Of a stretch of 64,000 bases of DNA, positions 12,201 to 23,446 are shown in pieces; the stretch's first letter is position 1; every line of letters begins with the position of its first letter. The stretch comes from Antedon mediterranea (Eukaryota; Animalia; Echinodermata), in assembly GCF_964355755.1 (NCBI RefSeq), contig NC_092674.1:19654001-19718000 (forward strand). The letters run 5' to 3'. The notes under the pieces are model-generated. The model was not told the DNA's origin. It ran no database searches and saw nothing but the letters and a program-made list of their open reading frames with translations. A program made the position numbers and the translations under genes.

Positions 12201-15200
12201 AACATACTTGGTTGAGGTAGAATATATTACAAATTAAAAGAAAATTGATCACAGATAAGCGAGTTGCACTCTGTTGAATATGGTGGTGTATGACAAAGGA
12301 GGAAAAAACCCTATTTTAAAAATTCATGTGGCCAAATGATGACATTGTACCATTTTGTACGTCTAATGTGTATATACATTTATATCTCATTGGCTTCCAT
12401 AATAAGTTAAAACAATTGGGGGTCACCTTCCATTCTGAAGAGTTATATTCATTTTAAAAAGGCCTGATTTTTTACCATTTTTAACACTTTTGTACAATTA
12501 ATGTGCGCATTTTGTCATTTTCAACGTGCTCGTATAGCACTATTTCAAGTCAAAATGGACTCGAATTTGGTAAATGTACTATGGAAGATGAGTAGAATGC
12601 AATTTGTACAAAAAATTGTTATTTTTTACGCTTTCTATGTACGCACGTGCAAAAACGTGTTTTTGCGCAGTAATTTATTAAAACACGCAAATGGCCTAAT
12701 TCATGCTCTAAATTGATCAAAACGTAATTTTGAGCATTTTAAATTTTCAACGCGCGATTTCACGCGCATGACCCTACGTGCGCGCGCGGTTTTATTTGCT
12801 AATATTTTTACCCTTGACCTGAAGTTTACGTGTAGTGAATTTCATTAATATGTGACAATTAATTATGGAGATATGATTGATAATGTGATTTCACAAAATG
12901 GCGTATAAATGACGTCACGGATGAGTGATCACGCTGAAAAGCTTATTAGGACTAAGTTAAAGTATTTGAAAGACATTCTGAAATTTTGGTAATCATTGAC
13001 ATTAAACTTTTTGAGATATTTGTTACACAAAATCTGTACAGAAAGAAATTGCGAAGAAACATTTTTTTTTACAAAAACAATTGTTGAGATATTTGTTGCA
13101 CAAAATCTGTACAGAAAGAAATTGCGAAGAAACATTTTTTTTACAAAAACAATTTCTCACTAGAATTTAATTCGTCACTTTGACGAATTATAGGTGATCA
13201 TTTTTATCATTTTATTGACATTAATATTTTTTAAACATGCACGTATGTTAACATACAATCAGAAAATGTTGATGTATGCCATCCTATTATACGCTTATAC
13301 TATAGTGCTGTGCCTATTATATGCCATACATTATGTACAGTATACTGTATAGTGTAGCATTGGTGAAATTACGGACACACATCATGTTCTAATTTTTCGG
13401 CACTGATGACATTATCAAAATAAACTTGTGGATAAGAATATCGAAATATAATTAATTGAGCAATACAATATAACAATTGGAAGAAAATTTGGCACGTACA
13501 AGGGCGGTGCGCGCTCTTTATAAATGGTATAACTTTGACGAAAGAGATGAAAAAACTACTTTTTAACTTCAACTGGCCATATGATAACGTCACAACATCC
13601 GATATGTTTAATTTTTATAATAATTCATATCTACATTTCACCAGCTCTAATAATAAGTTATAAACATCAATGTCAAATTTAATTCAGAAGAGCTGTAAGG
13701 TATTCAAATATACCTTGTAGGTGAAATTACCTAACCACCGTTATTTAAATTTTAAGACGTGATGACATCATCCAAATGAAAATATTGGAAACTCATAAGT
13801 AACATATTTGGTTGAGGTAGAATATATTAAAAATGTAAAGAAAATCGATCACAGATAAGCGAGTTGCGCTCTGTTGAATATGGTGGTCTATGACAAAAGG
13901 AGAAAAACCCTTATTTTAAAAATTCATGTGGCCAAATGATGACGTCATACCATTTTGTACGTCTAATGTGTATATACATTTATATCTACAATTCATTGAC
14001 TTCCATAATAAGTTTAAAAAAATTGGGGGTCACCTTCCATTCTGAAGAGTTATATTCATTTTAAAAAGGCCTTATTTTTTACCTTTTTAGCACTTTTTTT
14101 ACAATTAATGTGCGCATTTTTTCATTTTTAACGTGCTCGTAGAGCACTATTTTAAGTCGAAGTGGACTCAAATTTGGTGAATGTACTATGGAAGATGAGT
14201 AGAATGCAATTTGTACAAAAAATTGTTATTTTTTACGCTTTCTATGTACGCACGCGCAAAAACGTGTTTTTGCGCAGTAATTTTTTAAATCACGCAAATG
14301 GCCTAATTCATGCTCTAAATTGATCAAAATGTTAAGCTTTTTAAATTTTTAACGCGCGATTTCACGCGCATGAGCCTACGTGCGCGTGTGTTTTTATTTG
14401 CTAATATTTTTACCCTTGACCTGAAGTTTACGTGTAGTGTTTTGATTTGATACATTGGCTTTACTATATTGAATTGAATTTTTTACTTTTATGCCAAATG
14501 CTGCTATTAGCGCAATTACGAAAATTTTTAATAGTATTTTTACCTCTGGAAATTTTCCCCAACAATGGGCAACAAGCATTATTATTCCTATATTTAAAAA
14601 GGGCAAAAGAGATCAACCAGCACATTATAGAGGCGTATCCTTAATATCCACTTTAGGCAAGGTGTTTTTATACATTATAAGCAATAGATTAAGCAAATGG
14701 ACAGAAGAAAATGAAATATTACATCAAGAACAGGGAGGGTTTAGAAAAGATTGTCGTACTATTGATAACATATTTATTTTAGACATTGTTAACAAATATC
14801 TCTAAAAAAAAACGAGGAACTGTGTAAATGGCGTTTATAGATTTAAAACGCGCTTTCGATTCTATAGACACGATTTCCTTATAAGTAAACTAAGAAAATC
14901 TGGTATAAAAGGTAAAATAATCAAAGTTATAAAAACAATGTATAGTAAATTGAAAGGGCATGTAAAGGTTGGCAACAAAATTGGAGAATCCTTTAAATGT
15001 GAAGTAGGAATACAACAAGGGTCACCTTTATCTTCATTATTATTTAATATTTTTATTTTTATTAATGATATAACTGAGTTATTACATACTGCTGAAAATC
15101 GAAACAAAATAAAAATTGATAACATAAATATTAATCATCTACTGTATGCAGATGATCTAGTTTTAATCAGTGATACAGTGTACTCATTACAAGATCTTTT

Positions 15201-18200
15201 AAATAAACTAGCATATTATTGTAATAGGTGGGGATTGGTAGTTAACATTGACAAAAGTAAAATAATAGTATTTAAAAAAAATGGAAAACTTAAGAACTAC
15301 GAAAAGTGGAATTATCTTGGTAAAGAAATTGAAATAGTAAAATCTCTTAAATATCTTGGAGTCACTTTCGATTGTTCAGGAAATTGGGAAAAGGCTAGAG
15401 AACAAAATAATACACAGGCTAATAAAGCACTTTTCTCACTCAAGAATATAATATATCAGAAATATGGACATCTACCAGTGAATATTTGGAACTACTTATT
15501 TGATGTTAAAATAAACCCAATTATACTGTATGGTAGTGAAATATGGGGAAAACTAAACAACAAAAAAATTGATGATATTCAAAATAATTTCTGTAGATAT
15601 GTTTTAGGGGTCGGGAAATCAGCCACAAATGTTTCAATTAGAGGAGAATGTGGACGATTCTCTTTATCAATTGAAAGTGTACTCAATGTTATCCGTTATT
15701 GGGTAAGACTAGTAAATATGAATGAGGACAAATATGCGAAGAAATGTTATAAATCTCAATGTCATAAAGCGCAAAATAATAGTAATTGTTGGGTAAGCGA
15801 TATAAAACATATGTTATGCTCTATTGGTCATGGAAACATATGGTTTTCACAAAATAATGTCCTTGATAATTTTTTTTATATAGTTAATAAAATAAAAGAA
15901 AGGCTAACCGATATGGAACGCCAATCCTTTCTTGAAAGCATAAATATTTCTTCAAAATTAAGATACTATAAAATGTTCAAAAACAATTTCGGAGTAGATG
16001 GATAGTTACAACAGACCCTTGACACTAGATATAAGCGAGCTGTAAGTCAACAACTAAGACTGGGCACACTTCAACAAGAGGTAGAAAGGGGAAGATGGAA
16101 AAGAATAGAGCGCAGCAATAGGTTATGTAAAATATGTAATATAAATGAAGTTGAAGATGAATATCATTTTGTTACAGTTTGCTCTCGTTACAAGGAAATC
16201 AGAAAAAAAATCTTTATTTTTTGGAAATCCAAATACTTTTAAATTCTGCCGTTTAATGTCATCACAGGATCCAATAATTATTGACAATCTATCTAAATAT
16301 ATTTATCATGCTTATAAGTTAAGATATATGTTTTGCTTAGAGAACGAAATTAATTAATTCATTTATCTTGTGACCATAAATTGCTTTATTTTTCAATGAA
16401 ATTATTATTATATTATATATTTTGTTAATTATTAGGGGCCAGAGGCCTAAAGTAAATAAAGTCAGGCGATAAGCCTGAATGAATGAATGAATGAATGAAT
16501 ATTCATTACATTAACGGATGAATTTGTGCTTTGAGAATCGTTTTCATGAATTCTGTCTAATCCATCATTGAAAGTATTTCTGTAGATACTGTGAGTTTTC
16601 CCAATCACAACTGGTATTCATTTACATACAGTAGGCTATGTTTATACACTATACTATTATATTAACATTAAGGTACAGGTATTTGAAATCTGAATTATAT
16701 AGCAATTTGATAGATTAATGTTTTTCTTCATTTTTTAGGCAATGATCCTTGTACTTCAAATTCTTGTGGTGACCATGGAACCTGTTCTGCCATCCAAAGT
16801 ACTGATTCATGCTTAATAGATTGCACATGTGACGCTTGCTACTCGGGCTGTGTTTGTGAAACATGTATGTATACTCATATCATATGTATCAATATCATAT
16901 GTAAACCAAATATAAAAATATTAACCGTTGTTTCTCTACCGTTTTCATATTTTGCATATTATTCGGTGCAAAACAGATTAGTACTGGTTTAACGATGATA
17001 ATAAATTTAATACACCAAGAAAGTAAAAAACCTGTTGGAAGACCAAAGAAAATATGAATAAAAATGTGATACAGAATGACTTGAAAACAGTATTAAATTA
17101 CACTGGCCCACATAAGACATTCCCGGGCCCACGACCGGAATAAACGCACAAACTAGTAGACTGCGCTATGTCTAATGATGATGAAGCGTGTTAATATATA
17201 AATACATTTACATAGGCCTTTATTTATACCTAGTTTCTTTTTTTCTTAAATTTTCCAAAGGACCTCCTTGGAAACAGGTCTGTTGAGGAATTTTATTATC
17301 CTTGGCATCTTTTGTTCAGTTTGTGTTTTTGTTCTCTTCTGATTTTTCAGAATTGTAAAATGTTCTGTTGTTTCTCAACATTTTATACACCTTCAATTGT
17401 CATGTTCTGTGATTTTATACGTTTTTGATGCCGAAATCAATCAATTATTGCAAAACCTATTTTTTTTCCAGACACTAGTCCATGTTCATCAAACCCTTGT
17501 GCTACTGGTGTGTGTGTTCCCATTCCAGCACAATGTACTTATATTTGTCTACCATGTCCTTTGTGCTTATCTGGACCAACATGTAATATTTGTAAGTTAT
17601 CAAATTTTATTATTTTTAAAAACACAGAATTTGCTTATATTGAGTCAGACATGTAAGTTTACTGACTTAACAGTCTTTCAATCCGATGAAAACAGTTTGA
17701 CATCAAAGCCAAATAGGTCAACAGGCAATAGTTATGCTTCAGATAATTTACTGCCAATATCCAGATAACTTACTGCCAATAACCAGATAGTCAATCTCAA
17801 TAAAGTAGCTATTCCAGTAATTTGTTTGTTTTTTAGATAATGATCCCTGCACTTCAAATCCTTGTGGCACCAATGGAGACTGCAATTCTTATCAATGCTC
17901 ATTTACTTGTGGATGTGCTCCTTGTTACTCTGGTGCTGCTTGTCAGACAGAGTTTACTGACTTAACAGTCCTTCAATTCCATTTGAAAACAGTTTGACAT
18001 CAAAGCCAAATAGGTCAACAGACAATAGTTACGCTTCAGATAAATTACTGCTAATAACCAGATAGTCAATCTCAATTAAGTAGCTATTCCAGTAATTTGT
18101 TTGTTTTTTAGATGATGATCCCTGCACTTCAAATCCTTGTGGCACCAATGGAGACTGCAATTCTGATCAATGCTCATTTACTTGTGCATGTGATCCTTGT

Positions 18201-21200
18201 TACTCTGGTGCTGCTTGTCAGACATGTAAGTTTACTGACTTAACGGTCCTTCAATTCCATTTGAAAACCATTTAACATCAAAGCCAAATAAGTCAACAGA
18301 CAATAGTTACGCTTCAGATAATTCACTGCCAATAACCAGATAGTCAATCTCAATTAAGTAACTATTCCAGTAATTTGTTTGTTTTTTAGATGATGATCCC
18401 TGTACTTCAAATCCTTGTGGCACCAATGGAGACTGCAATTCTGATCAATGCTCATTTACTTGTGGATGTGCTCCTTGTTACTCTGGTACTGCTTGTCAGA
18501 CATGTAAGTTTACTGACTTAACAGTCCTTCAATTCCATTTGAAAACAGTTTAACATCAAAGCCAAATAAGTCAACAGACAATAGTTACGCTTCAGATAAC
18601 TTACTGCCAATAACCAGATAGTCAATCTCAATTAAGTAGATATTCCAGTAATTTGTTTGTTTTTTTAGATGATGATCCCTGCACTTCAAATCCTTGTGGC
18701 GCCAATGGAGACTGCAGTTCTGATCAATGCTCATTTACTTGTGCATGTGATCCTTGTTACTCTGGAGCTGCTTGTCAGACATGCAAGTTTACTGACTTAA
18801 CAGTCTTTCAATTCCATTTGAAAACAGTTTGACATAAGTGCCAAATAACTCAACAGACAATAGTTACGCTTCAGATAATTCACTGCCACTAACCAGATAG
18901 TCAATCTCAATTAAGTAGCTATTTCAGTAATTTGTTTGTTTTTTAGATGATGATCCTTGCACTTCAAATCCCTGTGGCGCCAATGGAGACTGCAATTCTG
19001 ATCAATGCTCATTTACTTGTGCATGTGATCCTTGTTACTCTGGTGCTGCTTGTCAGACATGTAAGTTTACTGACTTAACGGTCTTTCAATTCCATTTGAA
19101 AACAGTTTGACATAAATGCCAAATAACTCAACAGACAGTAGTTACGCTTCAGATAATTCACTGCCACTAACCAGATAGTCATGTAAGTTTACTGACTTAA
19201 CGGTCTTTCAATTCCATTTGAAAACAGTTTGACATCAAAGCCAAATAAGTCAACAAACAATAGTTACGCTTCAGATAAATTACTGCTAATAACCAGATAG
19301 TCAATCTCAATTAAGTAGCTATTTCAGTAATTTGTTTGTTTTTTAGATGATGATCCTTGCACTTCAAATCCCTGTGGCGCCAATGGAGACTGCAATTCTG
19401 ATCAATGCTCATTTACTTGTGCATGTGATCCTTGTTACTCTGGAGCTGCTTGTCAGACATGTAAGTTTACTGACTTAATGGTCTTTCAATTCCATTTGAA
19501 AACAGTTTGACATCAAAGCAAAATACTGTAGGTCAACAGACAATAGTTACGCTTCAGATAAATTACTGCTAATAACCAGATAGTCAATCTCAATTAAGTA
19601 GATATTCCAGTAATTTGTTTGTTTTTTTAGATGATGATCCCTGCACTTCAAATCCTTGTGGCGCCAATGGAGACTGCAGTTCTGATCAATGCTCATTTAC
19701 TTGTGCATGTGATCCTTGTTACTCTGGAGCTGCTTGTCAGACATGCAAGTTTACTGACTTAACAGTCTTTCAATTCCATTTGAAAACAGTTTGACATAAA
19801 TGCCAAATAACTCAACAGACAATAGTTACGCTTCAGATAATTCACTGCCACTAACCAGATAGTCAATCTCAATTAAGTAGCTATTTCAGTAATTTGTTTG
19901 TTTTTTAGATGATGATCCTTGCACTTCAAATCCCTGTGGCGCCAATGGAGACTGCAATTCTGATCAATGCTCATTTACTTGTGCATGTGATCCTTGTTAC
20001 TCTGGTGCTGCTTGTCAGACATGTAAGTTTACTGACTTAACGGTCTTTCAATTCCATTTGAAAACAGTTTGACATAAATGCCAAATAACTCAACAGACAG
20101 TAGTTACGCTTCAGATAATTCACTGCCACTAACCAGATAGTCATGTAAGTTTACTGACTTAACGGTCTTTCAATTCCATTTGAAAACAGTTTGACATCAA
20201 AGCCAAATAAGTCAACAAACAATAGTTACGCTTCAGATAAATTACTGCTAATAACCAGATAGTCAATCTCAATTAAGTAGCTATTTCAGTAATTTGTTTG
20301 TTTTTTAGATGATGATCCTTGCACTTCAAATCCCTGTGGCGCCAATGGAGACTGCAATTCTGATCAATGCTCATTTACTTGTGCATGTGATCCTTGTTAC
20401 TCTGGAGCTGCTTGTCAGACATGTAAGTTTACTGACTTAATGGTCTTTCAATTCCATTTGAAAACAGTTTGACATCAAAGCAAAATACTGTAGGTCAACA
20501 GACAATAGTTACGCTTCAGATAAATTACTGCTAATAACCAGATAGTCAATCTCAATTAAGTAGCTATTCCAGTAATTGGTTTGTTTTTTAGATGATGATC
20601 CCTGCACTTCAAATCCTTGTGGCACCAATGGAGACTGCAATTCTGATCAATGCTCATTTACTTGTGGATGTGCTCCTTGTTACTCTGGTGCTGCTTGTCA
20701 GACATGTAAGTTTACTGACTTAACGGTCCTTCAATTCCATTTGAAAACAGTTTAACATCAAAGCCAAATAAGTCAACAGACAATAGTTACGCTTCAGATA
20801 ACTTACTGCCAATAACCAGATAGTCAATCTCAATTAAGTAGATATTCCAGTAATTTGTTTGTTTTTTAGATGATGATCCCTGCACTTCAAATCCTTGTGG
20901 CGCCAATGGAGACTGTAGTTCTGATCAATGCTCATTTACTTGTGCATGTGATCCTTGTTACTCTGGAGCTGCTTGTCAGACATGTAAGTTTACTGACTTA
21001 ACAGTCTTTCAATTCCATTTGAAAACAGTTTGACATAAATGCCAAATAACTTAACTGGCAATAGTTACGCTTCAGATAATTCACTGCCACTAACCAGATA
21101 GTCAATCTCAATTAAGTAGCTATTTCAGTAATTTGTTTGTTTTTTAGATGATGATCCTTGCACTTCAAATCCCTGTGGCGCCAATGGAGACTGCAATTCT

Positions 21201-23415
21201 GATCAATGCTCATTTACTTGTGCATGTGATCCTTGTTACTCTGGTGCTGCTTGTCAGACATGTAAGTTTACTGACTTAACGGTCTTTCAATTCCATTTGA
21301 AAACAGTTTGACATCCAAGCCAAATAAGTCAACAGACAATAGTTACGCTTCAGATAATTCACTGCTAATAACCAGATAGTCAATCTCAATTAAGTAGCTA
21401 TTTCAGTAATTTGTTTGTTTTTTAGATGATGATCCTTGCACTTCAAATCCCTGTGGCGCCAATGGAGACTGCAATTCTGATCAATGCTCATTTACTTGTG
21501 CATGTGATCCTTGTTACTCTGGAGCTGCTTGTCAGACATGTAAGTTTACTGACTTAATGGTCTTTCAATTCCATTTGAAAACAGTTTGACATCAAAGCCA
21601 AATACTGTAGGTCAACAGACAATAGTTACGCTTCAGATAAATTACTGCTAATAACCAGATAGTTAATCTCAATTAAGTAGCTATTCCAGTAATTGGTTTG
21701 TTTTTTAGATGATGATCCCTGCACTTCAAATCCTTGTGGCACCAATGGAGACTGCAATTCTGATCAATGCTCATTTACTTGTGGATGTGCTCCTTGTTAC
21801 TCTGGTGCTGCTTGTCAGACATGTAAGTTTACTGACTTAACAGTCCTTCAATTCCATTTGAAAACAGTTTAACATCAAAGCCAAATAAGTCAACAGACAA
21901 TAGTTACGCTTCAGATAACTTACTGCCAATAACCAGATAGTCAATCTCAATTAAGTAGATATTCCAGTAATTTGTTTGTTTTTTAGATGATGATCCCTGC
22001 ACTTCAAATCCTTGTGGCGCCAATGGAGACTGCAGTTCTGATCAATGCTCATTTACTTGTGCATGTGATCCTTGTTACTCTGGAGCTGCTTGTCAGACAT
22101 GTAAGTTTACTGACTTAACGGTCTTTCAATTCCATTTGAAAACAGTTTGACATCAAAGCCAAATAAGTCAACAGACAATAGTTACGCTTCAGATAATTCA
22201 CTGCTAATAACCAGATAGTCAATCTCAATTAAGTAGCTATTTCAGTAATTTGTTTGTTTTTTAGATGATGATCCTTGCACTTCAAATCCCTGTGGCGCCA
22301 ATGGAGACTGCAATTCTGATCAATGCTCATTTACTTGTGCATGTGATCCTTGTTACTCTGGTGCTGCTTGTCAGACATGTAAGTTTACTGACTTAACGGT
22401 CTTTCAATTCCATTTGAAAACAGTTTGACATCAAAGCCAAATACTGTAGGTCAACAGACAATATTTATGCTTCAGATAATTCACTGCCAATAACCAGATA
22501 GTCAATCTCAATTAAGTAGCTATTTCAGTAATTTGTTTGTTTTTTAGATGATGATCCTTGCACTTCAAATCCTTGTGGCGCCAATGGAGACTGCAATTCT
22601 GATCAATGCTCATTTACTTGTGCATGTGATCCTTGTTACTCTGGTGCTGCTTGTCAGACATGTAAGTTTACTGACTTAACGGTCCTTCAATTCCATTTGA
22701 AAACCATTTAACACCAAAGCCAAATAAGTCAACAGACAATAGTTACGCTTCAGATAATTCACTGCCAATAACCAGATAGTCAATCTCAATTAAGTAACTA
22801 TTCCAGTAATTTGTTTGTTTTTTAGATGATGATCCCTGTACTTCAAATCCTTGTGGCACCAATGGAGACTGCAATTCTGATCAATGCTCATTTACTTGTG
22901 GATGTGCTCCTTGTTACTCTGGTACTGCTTGTCAGACATGTAAGTTTACTGACTTAACAGTCCTTCAATTCCATTTGAAAACAGTTTAACATCAAAGCCA
23001 AATAAGTCAACAGACAATAGTTACGCTTCAGATAACTTACTGCCAATAACCAGATAGTCAATCTCAATTAAGTAGATATTCCAGTAATTTGTTTGTTTTT
23101 TTAGATGATGATCCCTGCACTTCAAATCCCTGTGGCGCCAATGGAGACTGCAATTCTGATCAATGCTCATTTACTTGTGCATGTGATCCTTGTTACTCTG
23201 GTGCTGCTTGTCAGACATGTAAGTTTACTGACTTAACGGTCTTTCAATTCCATTGGAAAACAGTTTGACATCAAAGCCAAGTAGGTCAACAGAAAATAGT
23301 TAAGTTTCAGATAAAAACTAAAAAACTAAAAACTATATTTCATTTCTGTTAAGAATATTTATTTTCGGATTGTCATTTTTAGTCGCGTGGAAGCGACTCT
23401 ATAGTTCACTATGTC

Positions 23416-23446
<31 letters not shown>

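Noticed and set aside
17643-23315. CRISPR-like or non-coding satellite reading of the 278-bp array
   Set aside because: No unique spacers and no cas genes; units contain splice signals and an EGF reading frame.
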